Assembly: GCA_040954595.2 (NCBI GenBank)
Contig: CM082580.2
Span: forward strand, 12,476,909 to 12,540,908
DNA from: Balanoglossus misakiensis
Taxonomy: Eukaryota; Animalia; Hemichordata
Direction of reading: 5' to 3'
DNA: 64,000 bases
Shown here: piece after piece, positions 46,129 to 58,285 of the stretch
Numbering within the stretch: position 1 is the stretch's first letter
Layout of the letters: every line of letters begins with the position of its first letter
Notes under the pieces: model-generated
What the model was told of the DNA's origin: nothing
What the model saw: the letters and a program-made list of their open reading frames with translations, nothing else
Databases searched by the model: none
Translations under genes and position numbers: made by a program

Positions 46129-49100
46129 ATGTGCGACAACGACTGTGTCTTAGCTGGTAAAACCAGGTCACAAAACAAATGTAGTGGGAAGTTATATGCT
46201 ATAACGGATGCGATAAGAAGATGTTGCAAAGGGTTAGTGAATGACGGCGATGTTTTTAGTTTTATTTGTAAATATCATTTTCGTCGTGTGACAAGAGACG
46301 ACAGTCGCCGTTGCTCTTGTCCGGCACCATGGTCACACAGTCAGACGATCAGCGACCGCCCGATCCCGTCAAGGCTGTACAAGGTTTTTGATGAAGTAGG
46401 CGAGTCCGACAGAAGTTACATGCCTGGAACACGATGGTGTCATAGGTGCAAGTTACGAGCCGACTCAGAGTTTTTCCCCGGCTTCCAAGCTTACGTTCCT
46501 CCCAGCCAAAGTAAATCCGTTGACCTCAGAGACAGATCCCCCTTGGTAAGTTTCAAGCATCTATATCTTCTGATTACATGTTTTCAATGTAGAAACGCAC
46601 ACTGGGATCGTGGGAGGTTCACTTCGGGTTCAATGACACAATATGTACGTACGAAAGTCGTATTATGAAACAAAACAAACGTAAGAAAGGGAAGTCCCTG
46701 ACACTTCAATAATTGAGGGCGCAAACGCTGGGGGGGGGGGGGGTTCTTGAGAGAATGAAAATGATAATGTCTTGTTGTTTTTTCATTATATTTATCAGGT
46801 TCTACACAAGGAATATCTGTGTTTTGTGAAAAAGTAATTGATACATTGATGTGATTGTCCTATTTCTTCAACTCAACACTTGTACATGTATTTTCTATCA
46901 TACAGTACCCAATCCAATTTGACCAGAAAGAGACACAGTATTGTGGTACAGTTCTTTCAAGTAGTGAGGGTCACGTATTGTTGTCAAGTAGTCAATGGAG
47001 AAGCATTATTTCGAAACTAGAAGGTTAGTATTTGATTTTAACACAGTTACAGAGAGTTAATAAGATTTTGTGCTATTTATCTAACGAATAAGGCCAGTTT
47101 TGATATCATTACCACCAGATGCAAGACATACAAAGAGGTAAATCAAATCTGCACCCTTTCAATATAACATTGTTTGGTCTGAGACTGTGCAGTTACTAAA
47201 ATATGACTTCATTAGGTGTAAGACTTTTCACATGCAATGTAAGGCAACTAAATAAAATGTGAACAGTGTCTAGCAGCAAGTAGGTTATTTGGTAATTCTG
47301 ATAATAATTGTGGGTTATAATTTTCCTCAAAATTCCCAGCATCAACTTTTCCCACTCAACTGAGGACCCTACAGGAAATGGTGTACAGGGCACAACAGAA
47401 TGGTGTTTCTTTTGATCTGAAGAAGTTGGAGTTCTTTGTAAAGAAACATGTACCGGATCTGTATAGTTTGATCTATACAGCACTAGTTGACCCAGCAACA
47501 TCGACACAAAGAAAAAAACAACAAGAGATGAGAGTACTGGCCACCTTAAATTTACTCACATTTTACAGGTGAATAATTTTGTTTCTTTTTGTAGCTTATT
47601 TACATTGTTGTGTTCACTGAAACACACCCAATGGTCAGTTGTTTAAAACTACTTGAGTGTACCAAAATCTCAACCTATTTCTTTTCAATCATAAAATTAG
47701 ATCACAGAAGACAAGCCAGTTCCAAGAGGCCATGGGATTTTATTTAACCATGCAAGGGTTGTCACAGGAAGCCCTGGATATGTGTCGGGTGTTGGGTCTC
47801 TCACAGCACTCAAGAACCTTGGGGAGGAAGAAACAAGTAATTTCCAAAGAACACAGGAGAAATGTGCAGACATTCATTAAGAAGAAGTTACAAGTAGGTT
47901 TTTTATATTAAAAGGAAATTTTGCACTTTTTCAGAGATTTAATTTGCACTTTTTCAGTGATTTAATTTAGTGAAATATACATGTATTTATAAATGAGTTT
48001 CATTTTTGAGTTTACCCAAAAGCCAGAAAGAAAAGTTCAACACCCATTTAAGTGAAAATCAATGTTTTTATTCCTTGACGTTTAATGTAAAAATCCATCT
48101 CTTTATAATAATTTATGTAGTAAGGTTAGTTGTAAATAGAAAACATACCTGTGTGTGAGTCTATCTAAAACACATTGGTTATGGAGACCAGGCTACATGA
48201 TTGCTATCCTAGCTTTTACAAGATGATGCTCTTTTTGTACAATGTCATTCATGTTCCAATTTATTGTATAGTCAATCTATGACAGTCATAGGGGTGTTAT
48301 GCATGATGTCCTATAATTACAAAGTCGTACACCTTTTACCTTTGACTCTTTTTATTTTGATTCCAAGGAAAGAGGAAAGACATTCATCCTGGCATTAATC
48401 GACGACTTCCATAACATACATGGGTTTAAATCGATGGCTTCTGGCCATAAGGACCTCAAAACCAGTAAGGCAGTACACATGGCGACTACAATGTTGGATA
48501 TTCTTCCAATTGAGCCACTCAATCTGCCAGATGATGGATCTATGCACAGGTAAGGGTAAAACATATTAATGATTACCTTATGACAGTCTTTGCAAAAATA
48601 ATATACTGTATACATGTTTTACAGTTTTCTGAACAATACAAAAAGTATAATAAAACAACTGTACTATTTGCGTCATACGTATACTATATATACATGTGGA
48701 CATGACAAAAATGTTCTTTTTACTTTGCATCCAGGACCATATTCATATACGACAAAAATGGCAAACAAATTCCAGTACGAGGAGGGATAGCACCCCATGT
48801 AATGAGGAGAGAATTTAAATACTTTATGAAAGATTATTCCATGAGCTTTTTGGAATCTTTACCATCTACCTTTCATAAGCTTAACACTCAACATGCTATC
48901 TCATCATTGAAGAATATGAGGTAAGGTCCCACCGTTGTCCGATGCCACCAAACATTTGTGTGTTCGTTCGGTCAGTCAATCAATCAGTCAGTTACAGGAA
49001 ATACAACAGTACTGTAATAAAATTAAAGTCTTTTATGATGTTACATTGTTTATCATGAATGTTTCCCCACTAAATAAAGAATGCAAAGTTATACTTACCA

Positions 49101-52100
49101 AATAAACCACATGTACTTAAGCAATAAAACACCCCCAGCCATGGTATATCACGAGATTTTGACCAGTTCACGACATATACGCACGAGCGATAGCGAGTGC
49201 GTATATGGAGTTGAACTGGTCAAAATCGAGTGGTATACCATGGCTGGGGGTGTTTTATTGCTATTATATTATGCCAGTATATTGAAACTTTGCATAAAAC
49301 ATTTTAAAAAGGCATTTTCTTTAACTATGATATATGACTGTGGTATATGGCTAATATATCACGGTCACGTGTCGTGTCTCGACCAATCAAATAGCGTGAT
49401 TTACACCATCAATATACTGGTATAATATAATACATATTTTATCACCTTTGTATTTCTGATGTAAATCACACCCAGTGAATCTGAAAAAGAAATTAGAGAA
49501 TGTAACTGTCTGTTGCAGTGAATGAATATAATTGTTGATGTAATTTCTTTGCTCTAGCATTTACAACCTTTGCTCAATTCTCTTTTGTTTTTAATTTTAA
49601 GGCCATATACTGACATTGATGCAGAAGAATTGCACACCCTTGACACAACCATTCTGATTGATGAGATTGAACAGCAACTAAAGAATAAAGATGACCTGTA
49701 CAACCTGTGGACCATGCTTCTCAATTTGCCACAACTGAAGACATACACTTCACAGCATGCTATTTTGGCACCAGGTGATTGGCCAGTGTGGTACTTTGGG
49801 AAAAAAATCATCGCCTCTTACAATGAAAATGACACAGTTGTCCCAAGAGAAGTTCTTTCTTTCATACCTACTGTTGGTCAATTTCATATTGCTTTAAATG
49901 CATCCCGTGATATTGTTATCTGTTCAAAGTTTTTTTTCCAGTTACTGTGCAATGGAGTCTTTGATAAGCGTTTTATATTAGCTGCCTTGCCTAAACCCTA
50001 CAAGGTCTCACTCTGTATTTTTCTAGCATTCAGTGGTTGGGTTCGCATCCGTCGTTATGTAATTGGAAAACTGACTGTCTGTAAATCTGTTGAAGTGCAA
50101 TTCTTGCTTTTTCTTCTTGATGAATTAATCCCGCTTGTTTATTTACATTACCCTGTTTTTGTTCAAGGTAATGACAGAAAGATGTTACTGAATGTCATGA
50201 AACGCCTGGAAATCTACTTCATCATAGCCAACAGACATCACTACAACAAATCTTTGCTGAGTTTGCTTTCTGATGACCTATACCACACATCACACTTACC
50301 CGGTTACACAAATCTGACACAACACCACCAACATATCATCACTGAGAAGAAAGTGGAGCTCTTTCACTCATCACTTCGACACCACATACAACCACATGAT
50401 GATGGCAACACAATACAAAGACAAGCACACATGCTACACTATACAAAGCACAACATTCTAATTCAAGAATTCTTACAACTGCACAACCATGGCAAAGACG
50501 ACTATGACCTGACACTGTTAGCTGGCAGAAGTGCTGAGACACTACTTGACATTGTCAATCAGGTTATGAAATCTGCAGCTGAACACCGACCCACACCAAT
50601 TAACAATGGAACATATCACCTCCCAACATTCAATGCAGACATCACATCAAAATGCCTACCGCTGGGTTTCAGGTGGTCTCACCAACACCGACCAAATGAA
50701 GACCTCCTGTGTGACAGTCCAACCTGTTCAACCTCTTCTTCTTCCAATCTTTGCAAACGTCTCACCTGTGGCCACACATATCACATTACCTGCCTCAGTC
50801 AAACTGGCTGTTCTATTTGTTCCCCTTTCCTAACAGCTGAAGTTGTTCGCCTGTCTAACAGCTGGAATGAGGGCATTGTGAAGGAAATGCCACAACGGCC
50901 TCCACAAGAGTCCACAGAGACAGAGCACAGTGATGGCTTTACGTCCACTTCACACACACATGGGAAAGAGTACTACCTAACAACACAATTTGAAGATGAC
51001 ATCAAATCTCGTGCAGCTTTAATACCACAAGTTAGAACTGGTCAATACCAAAACCACCAACACAGGGAGATGAGTACACACACTACATGCACCTCCAATG
51101 CTGGTTTCTCCAATGTTTCTTCTTCAACACAACTTCCTCAGCTATCTGTTCTTTCCCCCACTGAATCACAACAAGCACAGACACCCAACTCAAACACCAA
51201 TAATGTTCAACAAACACAAACACCATCACTGCCAGCACAAACATCTTCTCCCTCATCAAATGATGATACACATTTACAACAATCACAGACATCCAACCTA
51301 TCGACCAGCGGCGGAGAAACACAACAATCACAGACATCAGCACCTCCAGAACCCACAGCCACATGCAGTCACTCCACTTTTACTCACAAACAGACACAAA
51401 TACAAGAAAACACAAACAAACAACTTCATAAATATTCTCACTTACGACATTTGGTTTGGTTGAAACCAAAACCACAAATGCACGGCACCATTAATTACTG
51501 GCTATGTCACTACATCATTTCACAAGGAACAATACACTCCAATAATGTACGTTCAGGCAGCAATGCTTGCACCTTGATTTGTCTACTGTTTGCGCAATGG
51601 TTTTACCAAAGATGTCCTACAAATATGCTAACTACATCGACAGTGTTACCTCAAGAATGGTTGGCTGGATTCATTATGTCGTGCGTTCGTGGAAATGATG
51701 TACATGATGTATACCGATTAAATGCAATTCACAACTCATTGAACCTTTCACCATCAGAGGCAATTAAAGTGCTAGGAAACAAATTAAATTTACAATTTCA
51801 GTCAAATGAAATTGGACCGGTTTATACTTGTCACAGGTCAGAACCGAGGCGAGGGTTATTAGAGTTTTATTTTGGTTATTGTTTAACCAAAAGACAAAGT
51901 GCATTAATATATGTTAGAAATGAAATGTCGGTGTTATTTATAGTGAACCAGGGCAACATTCTGCTTGTAGATTCGCATAGTCACAGAAATAGTCAGAGTG
52001 GTGCTTTGTTTGCCCAAGTTAAATATTCCAATGCAGTTGATTTGTTGAGATGGTACGACAACTTTATTGGCATTGATGCAGAGTATCATATCGGTACCGT

Positions 52101-52119
52101 AACACTAATAGGATTTTAA
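46129..52119 (+). CDS. Putative transposase (Academ/DUF6589-like) fused to a RING-H2-like finger and a C76-like cysteine protease; ~1280 aa, 7 exons
   Basis: Exons 46129-46545, 46906-47023, 47340-47568, 47701-47893, 48368-48549, 48735-48920, 49602-52119 join by GT-AG introns into 3843 nt with no internal stop. Motifs: N-terminal Cys/His clusters, LIDDFHNIH, PGDWP, GQFHIALN, HHYNK, VELFHS, CGHTYHITC..CSIC, SQG..GSNACTLIC, VDSHSH. Confidence 0.8.
49120..49428. mobile_element. Nested non-autonomous element with ~143-bp palindrome in the last transposase intron
   Basis: AGCAATAAAACACCCCCAGCCATGGTATA..TTTTGACCAGTTCA..GCACGAGCGATAGCGAGTGC..TGAACTGGTCAAAA..TATACCATGGCTGGGGGTGTTTTATTGCT (49120-49262), followed by a CACGTG/CCAATCA tail; right boundary approximate. 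Confidence 0.6.
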
Positions 52120-52750
52120 TTTTGCAACTGATAACAGATATAGAAATATGTAAATACCTGTAACTTATAACTTATGATCATATTTATTACCAAATCTTGA
52201 CAAAGTCAATAATAACAGTTTCTATCTTGTAAGTACTGAATTAGATACTTCAGAGCAAATGTATAGTTGAGAAGATATCTGCAATTAAATACGAGGGGGA
52301 AAATCAATTATATCTAAGCTTACCTTCATCAATTCAAGTTGAGAGTTGACCATCCATAGTTGTCATAGTGACCTTGTCTCTGTTGTTTCTGTAAATAAAT
52401 AATGGGCAGTGTACATTAAGGAATACATAGCAAATGTTTTGAATTGCTTTGTTTATGTAAATATGTAATTTTGGATATTGATGTTTTCAGAGAAGTGGTC
52501 GATTTAATCTACATGTATGTACATAATATAGATGGGAAATGATCATATATTTTTATAATAAATATTTTCGTTATTTATACATTGGATTTTCTCTTTGATA
52601 ACATCTCTCATACCAATACAATCACAATTAAACATAGCACAACAACCACCAGACTCACCTCGTTTATGTTTTCCGTAGTACCGGTAGACGGAATCGATAT
52701 TCTAATTTATTGGAACATGGTGGAAGCATCTATAGGTGGTGCCATATTGG

Positions 52751-52818
52751 TATAGGTCGCACCGTAGTTGACAGAGCTCAGAAAATTCTAAGTGCTGTCA
52801 ACTACGGTGCGACCTGTG
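52751..52818. mobile_element. 68-bp hairpin micro-element with 7-bp TSD, nested in the transposon right arm
   Basis: 21-bp perfect stem AGGTCGCACCGTAGTTGACAG / CTGTCAACTACGGTGCGACCT; termini TATAGG../..CCTGTG; ATATTGG at 52744-50 and 52819-25. Confidence 0.7.
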
Positions 52819-54153
52819 ATATTGGCGCAACTAACAGAACGCCAAGACTCTATCGGCCATGAATTTACCAAGTTTCATCTCAAGGGCTACGGCCGATCCG
52901 CGAAATGCGATCCGCAGCTATGTTTTGAAACCAAAGACAAACATGCAAAACACTGTGGGTAAACACTTTCCCGCGGCTACACCGTTTCTACTACAGAGTT
53001 TACCGAGTGACAGTTTGTCCAATCATATTATCAAAAGACGTAAGAAATAACAATAATAATATATCTGCATTGGCGTTACCAGATTGCAGCCGAAACAACT
53101 TATAGAAGGTAAAACTTGGCCAGACTCCTGGCTAGACGCGTATCAGCTGGTTGAAAACACTCGCCCACATTGTACTTCCGGTAGCGCATGCGCAGAACGT
53201 TTGTCGCCCCTGTGCGCTACACCCGATATTGCGCTATTCGGCCTACAAAGATTTGTTCCACTTGACAAGACATTTCAACTCAGTTAGCCTATTTAGGCGT
53301 ATTTGGAAATTCAACCAACTTTTAACAAAGTTAGTCAAAGTACGACTTAGGCAGACCCAATGTGTGTAACTGTCCACGCAAAGTTTGGTGCAGTGAGAAT
53401 TAGGGCCTGCTAACTTTAATCTGGGTTGAAGCTATTTTGCTATAAAACTGTAATACAGATAAGTGGTGTTAATTTCCGCAGTCCATCAGTATAAACGTCC
53501 ACTCTTTCTCAAATGACAAGAAGTGTGTATTTTGAAGGGCAAAATGTCGCTGTCATTATTTTGAAAATACTGAACAGGGTAGGGGCAGTACCATTTTCAA
53601 CCCCTAGGCCTACTTGTAAACAGAGAGATCACAACACGACGTCACGCACACATATGCATGGTTTATAATCCCCCAAAAAAATTATAATGTAATCATTTAA
53701 AAGGGGAATTCAAGATCAAACATAAATGACAATAGTTCTGATGAAAACTGAAATCAAATTGTCAACTTCGGATATGTGTGGTAAATTAGTGGTCTAACTG
53801 CCTGGCCATTTCCTTTGTAATCGATCGCTGCCAAATTCATTGTCACTTACAGCAATAAATAATCTAAAGTGCAATAAAACAACGTGGCATTCTGGTTTAT
53901 CACGTGACTGTTTTTGTCATATATCAGGACGTCACCCAACATATGCCAACACAAACACAAAGTCTTGCTTCGGTCAAGTTCCAGTTGTAGACACACGACG
54001 TTCTGGGTTTGCTATTGTGCACGTGACTTCAAGTGGTGAGTAAGAAACTTTATGTTATGTACACTGAAATACACCGATTTTTCAGAGAGTGCGGCGTGGC
54101 CTTCTAATATTTCGTTTTACATATTTTTTCCAGACGAGTGGATTGTACTAAAG

Positions 54154-54765
54154 ATGAATTCCGCATGCTGTGTAATCTTCATCATGACGTTCATCGTCAC
54201 CTGTAACTGTGCCTGTTATCCGAGTGGAAGTGAGTGAACATTTAAAAAAAAAAAAATGAATACCCAAATGAGCTGTATGCCAAGTTCAGCCCAAAACACT
54301 ACGAATAAATGTGACCAGGGTTTATATAACGAGACGACAATTCCTTGTTTTTATTAACTTGCAGCGAATAACTTGGAAGGGCCCCTCTGTGTTCCAGAGG
54401 AAACTTGGATGTCGAATTGCTTCCGCTGCTCATGTGATGCCTCCGGATGGAATTATGAATGTTGCTCGTAAGGACGTTACATTTGGTTATGTCGATGACG
54501 CAAAAACAAAGCCGTTTGCCTCAACGTGGGGGAGGGAGGGGGAGGGGATGAGAGAAAGAGTAATTTGAGAAATAACATTATTGGGCCGCATCTAACAATA
54601 TGATCTTCTCATGTTTGCTTTTATTCTTCTCATTCTAGTCCACCTTATCCGGTTTTCGACCGCACCATATGCAAGTCTACTTTCGATTCTACAACGTGTG
54701 AATATGAAGTGACTCCAATCGGCAACTCCGACGAAGAATGTGAAATCCATGGGTGGGTGGGATGA
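54154..54765 (+). CDS. Beta-microseminoprotein (PSP94)-like secreted protein, copy 1, ~101 aa
   Basis: Exons 54154-54229, 54365-54467, 54639-54765: signal peptide then ACYPSG..C..W..NCFRCSC..ECCS..ICK..FD..TCEYEV..EECEIHGWVG*; 10 mature Cys in the PSP94 pattern. Confidence 0.85.
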
Positions 54766-55907
54766 TCTCCGAGTCAACAGATGGTCGAGTCTTTCCGTTG
54801 GTATATACACGTTTGTGCCTTGCCTTCCAGCGTGTGTTATCATTTTCAAACCGATTTGAATGACGTAGCCATCATTTCCAATTTATGTATATTTCACGAC
54901 TGAAAAAAGCTGAAGAACCGATTAAAGTAACACTGAAATCTCAGGAATGTTGTTAGTGTTTGTGTTCGGCTTTCGCATCGCAATATACTGTACTGAACGA
55001 CAGGTCATTTGGAAGTCAATTCGGTCACCTGTTTGCTGGTACTTGAGGGCACCAGATGCCAGTCATTGTCACCAAAACGCTAGACAAGTAACGAGAGCGT
55101 TTAGTGAGCCAATCAGTGTCTTGGACAAGCGTGAGCGATGATCTTATTCCGCATTATCCAATTAACGTGTTTGTCGCAAATGTAAATCCAGGGTTGCTAA
55201 AACTAGACAACTAGGCTACACTCACTATGATGATGATGATGATGAAAGATCTTTACCAGAACACGCGACATTTAGTGTACTTCCTTCACTCAATGCAACT
55301 TTCAAATAAAATCGATTTCTTTAATGTCGACGATTCACAGGATCCAAACGACATTGAACGCTTAGAGGTCAAATAGACAATTGTTAATTTACGGCAATCA
55401 ACCTCTTGATAAGGTCAGAGGTTTATTAAATCAATCATCATTAATAGACGGCTTTGTCCTCGCCCAGCTCACTAGGACCTAATTTCAAAGTCATGATATT
55501 GCCGACCGGCTGTCACGCGTATGCCCAGACGGTGTGGCGTGAATATTTTGCAATTGTTTAAATGAATGACCAAAAAACTTTCTCTAAATAAGCGAACAAA
55601 ATCCTTCACATAAATCAGTCGTTATAGTTTGAAACACAGCTGGCACCTTATTACCCCTGCTTGACACCCAATACGATTTTAATTGGCCTAGCGATAATTA
55701 CATCGTTATCATCAACACTTTCGAACAACACTTTTGCTCTCGAGGTCTAATTTTCTGAACTTTTGTAAAGAATATTGGGCCACTTCTGGCACGTTCCAGC
55801 AATTTATTTTCACTCTGTATAAAAATTCATTACCGTTATTGAAGAGAAGTTTTATTTCCTGCGGGTGATTAGTTAGGCAATTTGATCTACTGGCTTTGTG
55901 AGCAGAC

Positions 55908-56045
55908 TGTATAAATTGGATTGTGGACAGCTCACAGCTGTACAGTGCAGGCGGACCACCTCCACAAGAACTCCAAGATCAACAACTCACACAATCGTCG
56001 TTGACTTATTTAAAACACCAGCCAAATATTTCCTACTTGGTGAGT
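55908..56045 (+). promoter_or_regulatory. TATA box and probable non-coding first exon of MSMB-like copy 2
   Basis: TATAAA near 55910, GTGAGT donor near 56040, AG acceptor near 56667 just before ATG 56692. Confidence 0.5.
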
Positions 56046-56691
56046 CTGGCGTTTTATTGTATTAACTTGATCCGTGTTATCAGGATATTGAATGTGTACA
56101 TGACTCGTAATGCACACAGTTTGTTCTGTCCAACGGGCATGAGATCTAAAATCTCAACACATTCTCACCGTCCCTCGTTTAAACGTCTCCCTGTTCTACT
56201 GAAAGTTACTAGCGACAAATAAATCTCAACACCTATCGGAGACGTTATGCATGACTTTTGACGTTTTGGGTGGTGATAATGAAATATTTCTGTCGTGAAC
56301 ATGTGGGAAATATTTCGCCAAGTTCTTCGGTGACCGCGGCCATTGTCCGAAGGAACTAATCAACAGGTGGTTATCTTGTGTGCCCTCTTTCTATCTGACG
56401 AAGAAACATGTTCAGCCACTGATTGATTGGCCCATAACAGCTGAAAAAGTCTAAGTAAAAGCATCAGTATAAGTCGATACTCGTGAAATTCAAGTTATTT
56501 ATTCAGAACTCAATGACGATTTCTAATGTGGCCTTTCTCATTCTCATGACTCCCATGACAGAACACTTCCACATATTTGTCTTTTCGATTCGCAAAATAA
56601 TTCCTTGGCATTATTCTGTATCATTTTTGTGGTGTTTTAACAGCTTGATAGAGTTTGTCTAATACAGTAACTGAAGCAATCCTGAAGAGTC

Positions 56692-57433
56692 ATGAAGATC
56701 GACATGATCGCCATTGTTGTCATGACAACTCTGATTGTCAGCTGTTACGCCAGCTGTGGTTTTAGGGGTGAGTTTTGGTGGCGTTGTTGTTATCGCGTTT
56801 GTCATTATCATCTCAATTTTTGCAACATCCTAACTATGACTAGGTATCAGAAAAACTCTGATTGAATTACTAGTATATTGTATTGGCCTATCTATACACA
56901 GCCAACTGGCCGCATATTCGAATTCTTTAAAATCACTCTTCTTTCAGGCGTGGAGCCTCCATGTGAACCTGGTGAAACGCACGTTCTGGAGGAAAACTGT
57001 TATCGATGCACTTGCCTGGAAAACGGTGTGACGGAGAAATGTTGCGGGTGAGTGGACTGTTTGGGGTGGTCTCTTCTCGCGAATGTAAAGAACAGTGCGC
57101 GGCAGATAAAGAAAAAACAGAAAGACAGACAGACAACTGACTGTCGTACCATAAAAGACGCATATGTACGTATGTTGTTGTGCAACTTCTCGAAGCACGT
57201 ATTCGCCATGAAGTTTTGTAGATGGAGATCACTCAAGCCTCCAAGAAATACCTTGATACTCTTACAAAAATGACGGTTCTGTTTTTATCTCTCTTTCAAG
57301 ACCTGATTATCCTACTTCGATGTCCCCCGGGTGTGTGGTGGGAGAACTGAACACGGTCACCTGTGAATTTGAAGTTGTCCGTCTCCATGGTGATCCGGAA
57401 GAACCCTGCACAGTGTATGGCTACGTTGGCTAA
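56692..57433 (+). CDS. Beta-microseminoprotein (PSP94)-like secreted protein, copy 2, ~102 aa
   Basis: Exons 56692-56767, 56948-57047, 57301-57433: MKIDMIAIVVMTTLIVSCYASCGFRGVEPPCEPGE..NCYRCTC..KCCG..GCV..TCEFEVV..EPCTVYGYVG*; same intron phases (1,2) as copy 1. Confidence 0.85.
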
Positions 57434-58148
57434 TTGGTTCCATAGTGTGTCTTACTAAACTGACTCTTTAAAATCCACACATTTTTCACATGATTTGACG
57501 AGATACTGCACAACTTATTGTCCAAGATAAAAGTGCGCCACCATACGGTCATTCGAAGACTTAGACGAGACCCTTACGCAAGCATGCGGGCATATGGTCC
57601 ATAATCGGGTCATTCGGGCAAGAGAAACAAAAAATAAGCACCCGACTGGCGTGGCGTAGTATATGTTGATCATTGCCTATTAAAGAAATGAAAATAATCA
57701 AATACACTCATACGCGTCTTTATTAAGAGATTGGCATATCAGCGTGTTACTGCCTTCACGCTGCAATTACCCGGGTCACATCCCCGACTTTATCGACGGA
57801 CAATCGAGATCATGCCACCTCTATGACGCACTTTGATTTCGGAGGAGCTTTATAAGGTAAATGTTAATTATCAGCACCCTGGAGGAATCACTTATTATTT
57901 GCTGAGAGAATTAATTTTCAAATAATATCCAGTTATGCAGGCAAATGACCCATGGGGATCACATAATATCTTGATGATTCTTTTACGATTTTGAATGGTG
58001 TCTGTCAGCATTATATGTACTGTTACAGTGAATGCCTTCAATATTCGAACTTTTCCTGGACAAATGCCAAGATAACAAGATACAATTTTAAAATTTCCTG
58101 AGGGCGAATTAAAGACACTTTATCGCAGGAGGTAAGCATATGATAATT

Positions 58149-58179
58149 CTGTCCGTCCGTCCATCCGTTCGCCTGTCTG

Positions 58180-58219
<40 letters not shown>

Positions 58220-58285
58220 CGTCTGCGTGCGTGCGTGCCTGCCTGCCTGACAGACAGACAGACAGACAGACAGTCAGTCAGTCAC
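58149..58285. repeat. Compound microsatellite
   Basis: Consecutive (GTCC)n, (CTGT)n, (CT)n, (GCGT)n, (GCCT)n, (GACA)n and (CAGT)n tracts. Confidence 0.9.

Larger units (their letters stand above)
45608..53214 (+). mobile_element. Complete 7.6-kb TIR DNA transposon with 9-bp TSD, Academ (AcademH-like)
   Basis: Perfect 27-bp inverted repeat ACAGGGGCGACAAACGTTCTGCGCATG (45609-45635 / 53187-53213), extending imperfectly to ~41 bp; direct repeat CGCTACACC at 45599-45607 and 53215-53223; encloses a transposase-like gene. Confidence 0.92.

Noticed and set aside
46799-46833. Possible micro-exon in the transposase gene
   Set aside because: Exon 1 (phase 0) joins 46906 in frame directly; adding these 35 nt would shift the frame.
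45608-53214. Transib/ProtoRAG (CACAG end), hAT (CAGGGG) or MULE assignment
   Set aside because: The TSD is 9 bp rather than 5 or 8, and there are no RAG1-core or hAT dimerisation motifs. MULE fits the TSD, but the GDWP/GQFH/HYNK motif series fits Academ/DUF6589 better; MULE is not formally excluded without a search.
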